Assembly: GCA_032718475.1 (NCBI GenBank)
Contig: JAUCBJ010000221.1
Location: 1 to 47,803 of the forward strand
DNA from: Nemertoderma westbladi
Lineage: Eukaryota; Animalia; Xenacoelomorpha
DNA: 47,803 nucleotides
Direction of reading: 5' to 3'
Both the position numbers and the translations under genes were made by a program. The notes under the pieces are model-generated. The model saw only the letters and a program-made list of their open reading frames with translations, ran no database searches and was not told where the DNA came from. Below, piece after piece: positions 21,230 through 33,860 of the stretch (the stretch's first letter is position 1; each line of letters starts with the position of its first letter).

Positions 21230-22325
21230 TTTGAACGGCTCAACTCTTGACAAGAACTACCCTGGACTATTAATAGGCTTCGTTGGCTACGAAAATATCG
21301 CACCCGTAGGTAACAGCTGGGTATACAATGTTATGCCAGAGACGTTTAGCGGAGATCAGGGATAATATAGACATATTAATCTTGGACTCTAGCAGTGCGC
21401 TGCATGCTAGGCCCTTTTTATGTAGGTGAGCGTAATGACCACCAGGATCATTTTTTATCGAGAGAACAATCCCAAGATAATTAAAAGAGGTGACGAACTG
21501 TAGCTTGGAACCATTGTAAAGCAGAACATCTTTTTTTGGATAAACGACCACCACGTCGAAATTTTATAACTTTAGTTTTAGTTAGGTTAACATTTAGGTC
21601 ATTTAGCCTGCAGTACTCATACAACTTAGTCAAGACAATTTTGGACCTCTTCTATGGAATTACCATCAATTACAAGGTCATCGGCGTACATGATACGAGA
21701 CATCCGATTGTTACTAAAAAGCATGGTAAATCAGCCACGAAAATACTAAATAAAAGGTGGGGAAGTTTATCCCCTTGCACGACACCAATTGTTTGTGCAA
21801 TTAGCTGTAAGATATATGAACCAACACAAATATGAACAAAATTGATGGCTATAAGAGCCCAAATACACGATATGAAATGTTTACTGACTCCAAGGCGAGA
21901 TAATTTTAAGCCTAATGATTGACGGTTTATAGAGTGGTGAAATCCACAAAAACACAATATACATGACCACTAGTTGGAAGAATTTATGTGCGTATATAAT
22001 TGTATAGCAATTTGACAGCCATTTTAGTGGTGTGGAATTTACGGAATCCATATTGCTGGTGTGGTAAAATATTATTATATTCAGCTCAGGCGTAAAGCCT
22101 ATTAAATAAAATAGTTGTATATGACTTAAGTAGGCAAGAAAGTAGTGCTATACCACGATAACTGTCAGGTGAGCATTTGGCACCTTTCCCCTTGTACAGA
22201 GGTAGAAGATATGATGCTAGCCATGCTACAGGGCAGACGGCACTATTAAAACATAGCTTAAATAATGACAGTATATATGGTAGTAGCAAGCCAAACCCTG
22301 ATTTTAGTGCTTCATTCGTCACACC
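21230..22325 (-). pseudogene. Decayed LINE RT fragment (RTE-X-like)
   Basis: PLYKGKG...SYRGIALLS; QYGFRK; GVVQGDKL..LLFSIFVADL; YADDL; FNYLG. Confidence 0.85.
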
Positions 22326-22338
22326 ATCACATTAGTCA

Positions 22339-23025
22339 CAGCACCAACAGCTACATTGCATTGGAGGGATATGTTAATGTCAAAGATGCTCCATCTTCTG
22401 GGGATCGGATACAATTATTACTGCGTGTTTAACAGCGTTTTTTGAGTTCCTCAAATGCATATTCTGCTTCTTTCGTCCATTGTATGTTTTTGTCCATTTT
22501 CTTTTTGTTTTTGCTGGAGCAGTTTTCAATAGTTCCGTTAAATGTGCTCCTGTGTGCGAAAATTTCGGTATAAACCTTTGATAGCATCTGCACATACCTA
22601 GGAAGTGATATAATGCTTTTTGTATATTTGGTTTTGGAAATTCATCAATTGCTTTCGTCTTTTGTGGAAGAGGTTAACACCCTCTTCAGAGACCATGTAT
22701 CTAAGAAACTCAACTTCCTTAACAAAGAAGTTGCACTTACTTATATTTGCGTGGAGTCCATACTGTTTCAGTTTTCCTAAATCCAATTCGACATTGTGAA
22801 AATGTTGCTCTATACTGTAACTACCTATGAGTGAGTATATCATCGACATAGGTAATGACTATCACTATACCATCTAGTTCAAATAATAGGCCTTCTATGT
22901 CAATGAGACACTGAAAGGTTTGAGACGAATTCCGCAAACCAAACAGCAAGCAAAAAGGCCAAAGGGCGTTGTTATGGCTGTTATCATGTTCATTGACAGG
23001 TACCTGGTGGTATGCTTTTGTTAAA
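22339..23025 (-). pseudogene. Decayed Ty3/Gypsy RT fragment (upstream part of the same pol)
   Basis: AYHQVP...AITTPFG...RNSSQTFQ...YVDD; ANISKCNFFVKEVEFL; YQRFIPKFS. Confidence 0.85.
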
Positions 23026-23136
23026 GACTCTCCACTTTCTTCACTTTGTTACACAAACGAACGTTAGTGAGTGAGTGAAAATAAAGACACGAGGATCAGA
23101 ACACTGCAAGGGTATTTGCAAGACATATGTATGTAG

Positions 23137-23585
23137 TTTTATTCCAAAATTGTAACATTACGAAATGATTGTATATATTTTATAAGTGATAGAAACTGCA
23201 CAAATTATATTAGTTGCTGAATAATTAAATGTAAAAATGACATAAATTATGTTATAAATAAGTTAGCTTATATTTATGGTGGCGTTTGGAGCCATTTTAA
23301 TAGTTTATAGCTACTGGTTATTAATAGCTACCTGTAGGTAATGCAGCAGGCCTATCTGGCTGTCAGGCAATTAATAATAAATACCAACTATTGTTTATGT
23401 GGTAACCATGACGGTTTGATGTAAAGTCACGCCAATGGGACATTACATAATAAGAATACTCCAATACAATACTAATTGTACAGGCCAATACTGTACAATA
23501 CTGTAATGTCCTTTTGTAAAGTGCTAAATAACAACTCGCTGTTAATACTAACGGCACTGAGTAATGTTACAATTTTGGAATAAAA
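23137..23585. mobile_element. MITE-like element with 25-bp terminal inverted repeats
   Basis: TTTTATTCCAAAATTGTAACATTAC (23137-23161) is the reverse complement of 23561-23585. The interior is non-coding. Confidence 0.7.
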
Positions 23586-24149
23586 TATACTGCATATTGA
23601 TACTACTCAAGGGCCCACTTATGCTCAATAATTAGGAGGTGGAATTTATGTTGTACAGTAGAAGGGGACAATAAACTCAAATAAGGGAACCTTTACAGCT
23701 CTACACTATTGCCTTGATTTAGTATAGAGATGACTAATGTGCTAATTAACGAGATGTTGATGTAATTATTGTACTTATTATGTCAATATAGGGTGTAGAC
23801 TTCATTCCTGAGTGTAGTTCTATATCAAATATCACCTTTACTCTTCTTTGGATTATATTTGACTTAAGTAGGAGTTATTTTTTAGTTAGTACGTTGTCTG
23901 CATCACCACCTGACGAAATCTACTACATTTATTCAGACTTTTTTCTGACTTATGATGGTCCGGTACGGACCACACACAGTCTAGTGCTAATAATCACTCA
24001 GTCAGTGCTCAGTATATTTTACCAGATTAATTCGAAGGAACAAACTTAACTAATGTGAGTAATGATACCAAACCAATAAAGGACATAATTACATGAGTAA
24101 CAACTGAGGATGTCATAATTGGCTATAGAGTGATATACAGTAGTACGAT

Positions 24150-25085
24150 GTGAGAGGGTGTGTCATGATCAGCAATCAAATATATCGAATTAATAACCGA
24201 TTGGATAACCACGTTTCTAGGATTTCTCACTTGGAAACAGCAAATACAAACTTACAATCCGAACTATCAAAAGTGAAAGGCATAGTAACCAACCAAAAGC
24301 TATATCTGCAACGTTTCGGTTCGCGCGAATGCCGATGTAACGCAATCATTCTGGGATTACAAGAAGACAACGAGACAGACAAGGACAAAATCGCTGACAT
24401 CCTGAAAGAAATTATGGTCACGGAAGAATCTGTCGAGATATTCGGCCTGGCTAAAACACCGAACTCCGATATAACTAAGCCGAGGGCCCTAATGGTGAAA
24501 ATGGCGACTTCACAACCGACCGAGAAGTTATTAAATAACGAAGCTAAAATAAAAGCGTTAAATGTGGCATATAACAACGTTAATTATCTGACATTATAGT
24601 TAACAACATTATTTGAAATGTGTGAAACTGAGAAGGCTAAACCGGTGAATGCCGGAGTAAGAATTTATATTGACTTCAAGGTACGCAAGCTGTGCAGAGG
24701 AAATGTGGAGATTGATAGATTTAACTGCATGGAGTGGGTTGAATATAATATACAAGGAATAGCAGACTATCTGGAAATGCAAATTCCGCGAAGTATTACT
24801 GTAGCTTCACGTCTAAAATAAACAAGATATTTACGTAACTGCTGTCCCTCAAGCTAAAGTGTTTTAGATCTGATCATTACTATTTTGTCGAGTAATATTA
24901 TTTGAAAGGTCCTAAGTTAGAATTATGAATCGAGACATATTATTAGGTCCTAACTTAGAATTTATGCAGTGTATATTTGATATTAATTTGACACATTATA
25001 TTTGAATAATTATGTAATATACGAGCTCTTCTGAGCTCAACTAACTAACTAACTATGAAATAAACTTAATAATAATAATAACAAA
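24150..25085 (+). pseudogene. Decayed LINE relic: ORF1 C-terminal half, ORF2 start and 3' simple-repeat tail (related to the 44.6-kb LINE)
   Basis: EKAKPVNAGVRIYIDFKVRKL...IDRFN aligns with EKGNPANRGHVISYDPVLRVV...IDKFN, and YNIQGIAD with WNIDGISD. (CTAA)n and (TAA)n tail at ~25040-25083. Confidence 0.65.
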
Positions 25086-26814
25086 ATTGGTTCGGATGAA
25101 TTTCTCATTAATTTTAATGAATTAATTAATTTAATAAATTTGAGTTAACCCTCATTTATGCTAGATTGACTGGGGACTGCTAGATATCGCAAACATCTGT
25201 GTATGGATATGTCGGGCTATACAAATATGTAATTTATTTATTGCATAATTATATTATGTGGGATAGTACACGCAGCGGCTAGTGCAGTAGCATAAAATAT
25301 GGATTTTTTTATATTGTTACATTGGTTAGAGTTTGTTACTACAATAAAGTTGCGCCATAGGAGGCCAACCCTAATGACAAAGTATACATTGCATTCACAA
25401 CATAACCAAGCTCCGCCCTCCTCCGTGGAATAAAACATCACTACACTACAATAAGTAGATACAAATTATCCAGCTACTACATTGTTGCTGTAGGTAGGCA
25501 TAGCATATATTACTGAACAGCACATCCTTTTTCGTTAGCAAGAGAAGACACATTCGAGGGGCCATCGCGCAGGACGAGGCTCAGTTATTAGATACAGATT
25601 AAAATTGACCAATTCTATCCCAAAATCGGTACTTAAGAAATTTAAATAAATAATTAAGAAAATTTAACCAAAACGCCAATAAGAATAAATAAAAGAAGGG
25701 AGGAAAGACCCCCCCCCCCCCCCCCCCCCCTTGCTTCAACCGCCCTCTTAATTTGCACCACCCCCAACCCAAAGGAGCACAGAGGATTAATGAAAGGCAG
25801 ATAAAGCAAGCTGGCTTATTAGTCTGACCTTACACTAATGTAGTGACTATGTCGTTGCCAAGTAGTGCTGAGGTGGTTGGACTGGTTCCCAGGGCCAGCA
25901 GATAGGCTAGGCAACAGCAAGCATGCCAATGAATGAGGGAGCTGGAAGTATAGAGATATGGTGGCATTTTGATAACTTAATTAAAATTATCAATTAAAAA
26001 TCAATCAACTTGCTGACTGGGAGGAAAAGCAAACCAACCACCAAGGTTACGGCAGAATCACCAGCGGATCGCCTCAATGGTTGGAAGGCCCACTTTGAAA
26101 AGCTCCTCAATAATGACAGGGTATTTTAACTTTACTGACAGCAGAGTAGTGTCCGAGTCGTAGTCTCAGAGTCTGTACTCCCAGATATTCCCATTGGCAA
26201 TATCTCCTTTGCTGTAATGGATTTCTCGTGCTTCTTGGCACGATAAGCTCCTAAAACGGCTTTGAATCTCTAAAAGTTCCAATGAGTGTTATATTCTTCC
26301 TTATTGTTTTGGTTTCGGGCTGATATGAAATATTTCCCACTAGAACACGGTCCTTCAATGACCTGTTATTTACGGACAACCACAACTCTTCAAATAGTGC
26401 AAAAACACAGTGATTTCTGTTCTTCCCAAGATGTATATTGCTCCCTTCTGGCATAAAAATAGTGTACTGCAACACCATAGAAAAACCTCTGGGATATGAG
26501 AAAAAGGAAAAACCGGGTGAGGGGTGCTTTGGGTCCGTTTGGATCCAAAGTATGGCCTCAAAAATAATCAAAATCCAAAATATACCGAAAATACAGTATT
26601 TTTAGTCGTTTCGTTATGCTAAAAATACACTGAAAAAATATTTATCAAAAGGTTATGAAAACCGTCAGAGCTATGAAAAAAAGGTTGTGGAACGTCGTAA
26701 TAAACTTGGTGCAGCTTCACGCTATTGGAAACTTGGCGATAGTGCAGAACACCAGGTTACCGTCTGAGTCCAAAACGGGGTGGGGCCGATTGGACACAAA
26801 TGGTTAGAGCTGTT

Positions 26815-27255
26815 ACTTTGCCCTCAAAACTATACCGTCGATCCTGGCGAGCCTGTGATGAACCGTATAGCCAGCGGACAGAGTGCACAAGCACTACCAT
26901 AACTGACAAGAGTCGAAAAGCCTGCCTATAGGGACACTGCTAGTTTGCCCCCAAAACTAAATAGTCAGTCCTGGGACGAACTAAGTAGCCAGTGGACAGA
27001 GTGCCTGAGTGCTCTAGGGCTAGTTAGCCAGCGAAACTCAACCCTAGGCAGAATTAATGTCTGACCTTCCCAGCGACCGCGAACCCGTGTTAGGGGCCAG
27101 CCTAGGAACAAAGATGCGCCGCGCCCTCTACCTTGGATCAGAGCTCACTTTCAGTCAGCCAAAACTCAGTCCTAGGTGGAATCGTCTTAACTTCCCAGCA
27201 ACCGCGAACCCGTGTTAGGGGCTGGTCTGGGAACAAAGACGCCCTCTACCTTTCA
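26815..27255 (-). repeat. Two pairs of ~125-bp direct repeats with hairpin potential; probable retroelement 5' UTR
   Basis: TTTGCCC.CAAAACTA...TAGCCAG.GGACAGAGTGC occurs twice, and TTCCCAGC.ACCGCGAACCCGTGTTAGGGGC...GCCCTCTACCTT occurs twice. Confidence 0.6.
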
Positions 27256-27950
27256 GCAGCCTTTTAGCTGCCGAGGCAGCCAACTATAAGGGTGGTTGTT
27301 GGGACTGACTCTTACATCCAAATGTGGCCCCTTTTAAACCCGATGTGGGGTCAATATGAAGTTGACCCCTGATTATCGCGTAAACACAGTTTGTCTTCTC
27401 TGTGCAGAGATTTTACGTTCAACCCATGTAAATATGATTAATACGTGGTTGTTAGACTGACCAATAACCGATTATTGATGAACGGCAATAGAGTTTGAAT
27501 GTTATCAATTATTCCTTTGTTAATAACTGGGTGAGGGTAATAGGTGTGTGAGGGTTGGCATACTGAGGGACCAATAAGAGAAAGGAGGGATGTTGCGTAG
27601 CAACCTCCTTTATTGGATTGCAGTGGTTGGAGTTGGTGGGTGAGGCCGGCTAAGGATGTCAGGGATGGAAATATTGGATATAATCTGAGAGGAATATTAC
27701 GGTGGGAAAGGGGGAAAAAAGGGAATAATTGGGGTGGTGATTATTGCATTTTTAAATCAGGATCACGACGGAGTGTATTTTTTATGTTTATCTACGGAGG
27801 CGCGAAAAATCGATTACATTTGCTGAAGTGAAGGCTACTGGAGTATTGTCACCAATCGTGCCAGTAGAGGAGTAGATGGTGTCCCACCTGAGTGAGGTCT
27901 TTAAATTATTTCTGTTTGGAGCTCATTTGCCCCATCATAGTAGACATGTA

Positions 27951-28470
27951 TAATGTAATAAATAAGACAATATGATAATGCTCTCCATAGCGAAAAATAT
28001 CAACCGACCCTATTCGAACCCTGTACCTAGGTTTCAAACTTCCGGTTATCATCAGACGGGTGTGTGTACTGAGCAACCAGATCGGATGAAGATTTCGCTA
28101 TGGAGTGGGAGATCATATTTAGGCCAACTAATCACTCAATGGAAAGTACAACGTTATTCCCGTGCTCTGCCAGGACTGACAACCATGCTTCAAAGAATAA
28201 CTATTATACAGTGTTGTAGAAACCACTGTAACCCCGTATGCCTGGCCTAGGCTATTATAATTAATAATAATAAATGAATTGTTGTGAGGTGAGTGACGGT
28301 GAATTAAATATATAATGTAATAAATAAGACAATATGATAATGCTCTCCATTGAGCCCCAATAGGGTCGGTTGATATTTTTCGCTATGGAGAGCATTATCA
28401 TATTGTCTTATTTATTACATTATAATATATTTAATTCACCGTCACTCACCCCACAACAATTCATTTAATA
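27951..28470. mobile_element. Penelope-like insertion with inverted pseudo-LTR segments
   Basis: 14-bp direct repeat ATAGTAGACATGTA at 27937-27950 and 28471-28484. Internal foldback at ~28265-28470, plus a third arm copy at 27951-28014. Hammerhead-like core on the - strand. Confidence 0.65.
28017..28061 (-). ncRNA. Minimal hammerhead ribozyme-like motif (degenerate)
   Basis: Minus strand reads ACCCGT-CUGAUGA-UAAC-CGGAA-GUUU-GAAA-CCUAGGUA-CAGGGU: both core boxes, palindromic stem III (ACCUAGGU), imperfect stem I. Confidence 0.55.
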
Positions 28471-28539
28471 ATAGTAGACATGTACAGAACGACAAGAGTC
28501 CCACAAGAAATGAAAACAAGTAAGTTGGTGCCAGTTCCC

Positions 28540-29570
28540 TAGCTGCCATCTATGGATCTTTTCGAGGATTCTGCTTGTGATCTCGATCGCTGCAAAGCTA
28601 TACGATAGAATGATATTAAATCGCAACAAGGGATCTTCATTGAGAGACTGCTATGTGGAAATCAGAATAGGGTTTCCTAAAGGTCGTGGGATCATGGACC
28701 CCATTTTGGCACTTAGAAGGGGAATTTAATGAGTTATCAAAAATTAAAGACAGAACAAAGATATTAATAAAAAAACAAAGATCTTTTGTTGACTTCTTCA
28801 AGGCCTTCGATTCAGTCTCTCGCTCTTGTATCTCGCTCTTGTTCTAGTGTTGTATTTTTGTGAACTCCAAGAACACCTAAATTTTGACAGTTAACTATGA
28901 AAGTCCTCAGCAAGTCTCTGACCGGATGAGCATAAACTCAAAGGATGGTATGCTTGAGCATGTGGACGATTTCTGTTACATGGGATCATGGATCCGGAAG
29001 TCAGATGACGACATTCGAATACGTAAGAGAAAGGCGTGGGGGCAGCCTTGAATGGGCTTTCCAGGATTTGGAGGTCACATAGAATTCATCGGAAACTTAA
29101 GGTCAGATTATTTAGAGCAGAAGTAGCTCCAGTACTCCTCTATGGTAGTCCATGCTGAGCTCTAACTGCTGAGGACACCAAATATCTGAATAGCACCTAC
29201 TCACATACACAAGAATTCTACGCGGGTTCACTGAGTCATGTATGTACAATGTACACATTGCACACTCCAACCAGACACTATATAACGTTGTAGCTATCTC
29301 AATGGTTCCCCCAAGCTTGACACTTGAACAAAACCGCCTCCGCTTTGTAGGACATTGCTTTCGCCGTGAGGACTATCCTGTGTACAATATTGTGCTTTGG
29401 CAGCCCCATAGAGAAAATAAGCATGGTGTACATACTATATGATTGACTTGAGACGCCTCTTTAAGGACACTAGCCATGAAGATGCAGAACATCTCGCGAA
29501 AGTCATGGGGGATAGGCCTAGGGAGAATGGTGGTGAGACTTTGTAGATAAGCCGGCATAGCATCCTTAAT
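28540..29570 (+). pseudogene. Decayed RTE/BovB-like LINE (RT to C-terminus)
   Basis: FVDFFKAFDSV; DDFCYMGSWI; KLKVRLFRA...VLLYGS; RLRFVGHCFRRED.PV..IVLWQP. Confidence 0.8.
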
Positions 29571-30089
29571 GAACACTGCATTGGAGCATGCCAATTTTGG
29601 TTCGCATGGTGGTAAAACTATTGTTGTTAATTAGGTCAGCATGGCATCTCAATGTGCAGCTTCAATGCAGCAGGCCGATGCATTTACAATGCATTTATAT
29701 GTACTACTATAATATAGTAGTACATATAAATTGTAGTAGGCCTACTGTAGTTACTTCGAAGGTATTTACACAGTTTTAATTGTAATTATAATCTATTATT
29801 TAAAGAAAAACTGTTCTAATTCCGTTATAAATAATTATGAAATGACTAAAAATAATGTATTTAATCCAAAATACACGAAAATACATAACGATCTTTGCAT
29901 CGGGTTCTGAACCTTACGTTACTCGCGTTGAACTTCTTGAATTGTTTTCAACAAATTTTAATGAGAAAAAGAGGATTTTTCTGATAAAAGTTGTTTCATT
30001 TAGGGTTGTGTACAACTGAACTGTACGGATACTTATGTAGGTATATACAGTGTACGCAAAGTATAAGATATCGAACATTAATATTAATA

Positions 30090-30719
30090 ATGCAAATCAT
30101 CACCGCTCTGTTCATTACGTTACATGCAACAATGGTCTCATCAAACTTCACCTGTCCAGATAGATATTCTTGGACGATTTCATCGGACAACCTCGTCTTA
30201 CAAAAAGTGTACGAAGACAAGGTAAAAGGATTTGTGGAAGATAACGAGATCTTTCTAATCTCGAGGAATCATAGTGGTTGTTCTACTTGCACTTCTACAC
30301 CGTACATAGTTACTGGATATTCGGAAGAACATGATGCTGAGATCACCATTGAGCTTCGCCAAGATTACTGCCAAATGGATAACTGCGCTCCACTCAACGA
30401 AGCTGGCTGTACCTATTTTATTCAAGTTGTTCTTCCAGACCTCGGTTCCGAGCACCGAGATGACTATATCGTAAGAATCATGGCGATTGCCAATTGGATA
30501 AAAACGGATGTATCCGTAAGGTATGAATCCTGCCAACATTTCTGTTGCGACGGACCATGTCCTCCAACAGAATGGAAGGAAAGAGCCACCCAACCAACAG
30601 CCACAACGGAGAGCACTACAACCTCATTGGTTACTGAGAGCGATTCCAACAATGCTACACCGATCTGGTATATAGTAGCCTTCATTATTGTTCTGCTATC
30701 AGTAGAGCTTCATAACTAA
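30090..30719 (+). CDS. Intronless secreted/GPI-anchored or membrane Cys-rich protein (209 aa)
   Basis: ATG at 30090 gives a signal-peptide-like MQIITALFITLHATMVSS. 10 Cys, NxS/T sites, Thr/Ser-rich stalk, hydrophobic C-terminus IWYIVAFIIVLLSV. No TE motifs. Confidence 0.75.
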   Translation: MQIITALFITLHATMVSSNFTCPDRYSWTISSDNLVLQKVYEDKVKGFVEDNEIFLISRNHSGCSTCTSTPYIVTGYSEEHDAEITIELRQDYCQMDNCAPLNEAGCTYFIQVVLPDLGSEHRDDYIVRIMAIANWIKTDVSVRYESCQHFCCDGPCPPTEWKERATQPTATTESTTTSLVTESDSNNATPIWYIVAFIIVLLSVELHN

Positions 30720-30883
30720 CAACAACTACAAAACTAACAAAGGTTAACCACATTATGTAAACATATGGAACGTACTTACCGACACGAAAAGTAAACAGAG
30801 TAAAATACAATTACAAATTGCCTTATGCTACTATTCTGGAACTGTATCTCAAACTAATACTCAACCCTGCATCTGTTCCTGTT

Positions 30884-32470
30884 CAGGGGCGCGTCCAGGG
30901 GGGGGGGGGGGGGGGGGGGCTAGATGGGCTCGAGCCACCCCCTTACTGTCTGACTGTATGGGTTTGCCTGCCAATTGAGAAAATTAATTTGAGTATTTTA
31001 TATTAGTTAAAACATGAGCTTGAGTTGAGCATAATAATTATATGTAAGGCAGTGAAACTATTCTTTGTGGGCATATTGAATCGCCCCTTACATCCTTGAT
31101 TCATCCGTCCTCTCATCTTTATTGCCAGCTCCGATGTGGTCAGGGCAATATCGCTGTCTCTAAACCAACCAATATTTATCTTAGTCCCATTACAGGATTC
31201 CTTCTTATCCCAATATAGTGAGTGCCATTTAGTTGGAATCTATGTAGAAGGCCTAACACAGAGGCAGGCTGTACGTATCCATGGATATTGTCCACTGACA
31301 GGATGATTTGACACTGTTCGCCTTCATGATTACGGCTAGAGTTCCGCCCGTCCCCCCAATTAATTTTATACCAAAATTTACAAGTTTGTTAGCTGTTACC
31401 TTTTAGTGTTTGTGTAATGTGTTCTAGAAAATTTCATAATTGTTTTTTTAATTATGATATGATCTAGAGTTTTATTTTGTTCTGTTCTAGAACATTTTTA
31501 GACAGAGGAAGATTTTTTTTATTTATTTTTTATTAATTCAATAATGATGTTGCATTCAACATTTCCATACATATTTAAACAGTATTTGATTTAATCAACA
31601 GGGTAGGTTGCTTTTATTTCTTTTATTATCTCCATGAATGGATTTCTTCAATCTTTTATCATTTGAAGACGACAGAGGTATTCTATCATTGTACCGGTAA
31701 CATTGGAATGTTCTGCATACTCCTGACTCTTGTTACACTTGCATCGCTCATTGTATATCTTGTTAATTTTCTTGCGCACTTGTCTTTTTATTTTCTTCAA
31801 CTTTTTTAACAGTTTTTTACTTTGGAAGTAACAAAACGTTCTAGAATGTCATGTTTCATTAGATGCAGCAATTTTAATTTTTTGAAAAAAAATAAAACTG
31901 CGCTTAAAAATAGTATGCCTGCCTAGTGGCATCAAAGCCAGCTGGCAGTGAAGTTAGAGAAATATGAGAAATAAACGAAAATAATTTCTTAATTTGGTAT
32001 AGCGGGAATGGATGGTGAACAGTTACTGTAGTTATATAAAAGCTTCTAGATATTTATTTTTTAACAGAATAACAAGTGCATTTTTAATTTCGAGAGGCAA
32101 TTCATTCCATATTTCTGTCCTGTAAATTTTAACAACTGTTTGGATATTTGGAGTCGAATACGCGAAATGGAAAAACTTTTAGTGGTGCTGAACGGGTATA
32201 ATACATATGAACATTGGATATTGATTTTGATTTAAATAGTTTTGTAAGGCTCCAGCTCAAATTGTTTTTCTAGTGTCTAGTAATGTCTAGAAACATGTTG
32301 GTTTGGTTCGCTCGCTGAATTTTATTTTCCATCCTATTTTCGGGTGGGGGGGGGGGGGGGGGGGGGGGGCACCTCCTGATTTGCCCCGGGCACCACTTTA
32401 GCTCTGCATGCCACTGCCACCCCCCCCCCCCCCCCCCCCCCCCCTTAACGAAAAGCTGGACGCGCCCCTG
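30884..32470. mobile_element. Non-autonomous hAT-like DNA transposon
   Basis: Perfect 15-bp TIR CAGGGGCGCGTCCAG/CTGGACGCGCCCCTG with 8-bp flanks TTCCTGTT/TTCCTGCC and subterminal poly-G/C. A second hAT-like end (...GCATGCCACTG) is nested at ~32370-32416. Confidence 0.8.
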
Positions 32471-33189
32471 TTCCTGCCCGCTAAACTCAACTTCTAAACT
32501 GTGAGACTCCTTTATTTTGGTTATGGGTTTGCACTAAAGTGTACTAAATAACAGGACACGCAGCGAGAATTGGCTTCTAATTATTTTTTGAGACTGAAAA
32601 GTTTTATTAAAGAGGTACAACTAGGTGCACATAAGTTGCACCTAATACTTTTGGAGTACCCAACAGTACAACAATTATCCATATTTAGGGGGTTTTACGT
32701 ATAGCTGCTGCTTTCATTTACGATATCAGTTTTAATTTTGACAGAATTTAGAATATCTGTTTGCATGTCTGTCGGTCTTTCAGTCTGTAAAAAAAATTGG
32801 TCACCACCATGCTATAGTTCACTATATAGGCGATATAAAACTGGGGATGCATTATTATACTTATTATCGTTTTGGAAAATTATAAAATGCAGTTAGCATA
32901 ATTAAAATAAAGTTATACGTTATTTCTTATGTTATTTTTGCAGTATAACTTAGGGATTATTATTATAATCGTAAATAGACGGTGATATATTACATTATAA
33001 TAGTAACTAAATAGGTTCGCATTAATTAATTCAATGAGTTATTAGGTTATGGACTGCTTCAGTGCAGTAAACCATTACTTCGGAAACCAGCCCAAATTAC
33101 TTCATTAGTAGATTTCGAGGCGGGAAAACGAAGAGAAATAATGAAAAGAAGACCAGCACTAGTGTCCTGAATTTCATAGTATAATATTA

Positions 33190-33860
33190 CCAAAATGCAA
33201 ACGTTTCATTATATCAAATAATTACTTCATTGACACTCTCATCCCTGCAGCATCCTCTAGTCCTAAACCACTTCGTCATTTGGATCTCGACCCCATAAGA
33301 CAGCGGCGACCTGTAGCCCGAATAATAGCAAATTGAAGATGACCCCTTACCCATCCCATAACCTCCCCATAGCCTTTGCCCCACTTTGTAACCAGTCGAC
33401 CCCCCTAGATTCTTTAGAAATCTTTGTGCCTCTCTTCCAGCAAAACCACCTATCGAGTACACCATGGGAGTAAAGGAAGCCCTACTTTCTTTACAGGCAT
33501 TTCTATATTTACGTGATTTGATTTCTTCTGATTCGGCAAGAACTCACAGATGTACTGCGGCCAATGTTTGATCGGGCGTCAAGGTTCATTACCTTAAAAT
33601 CAAGTAACGCCTCGGTCTGTGGCTGCCACACTCCACGGATCCGCAAATCTGCCCTTGATCCCAGGGTCCCCATTTTCAAAATTCGTCTCCCTTAACACTG
33701 GTTCCCGCTACATTTCTGTGTATGCTAATGCAGCAAGGTCCCAATGAGCATCTCGGACCTCATTGTGCCGCCGCACTACAATCCCACCTTATTTGCAATT
33801 CATGGCATGGTTTAAGGAGAAAGGACCTCACAACCATCACAGCTAGATAGTAGAGAGTCC
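33190..33860 (-). pseudogene. CRE-like non-LTR retrotransposon fragment (zinc finger plus restriction-like endonuclease)
   Basis: HAMNCK.GG...RRHNEVRD; RADLRIRGVWQ; K.RKYRNAC...SFTPMVYSIGG.AGREAQRFLK. Confidence 0.75.

Noticed and set aside
26195-26805. Possible DNA transposon fragment
   Set aside because: TE-like composition, but no matching TIR pair or TSD could be established.
29991-30089. TTG-started N-terminal extension of the 242-aa ORF
   Set aside because: The ATG at 30090 gives a clean signal peptide; the extension is probably UTR.
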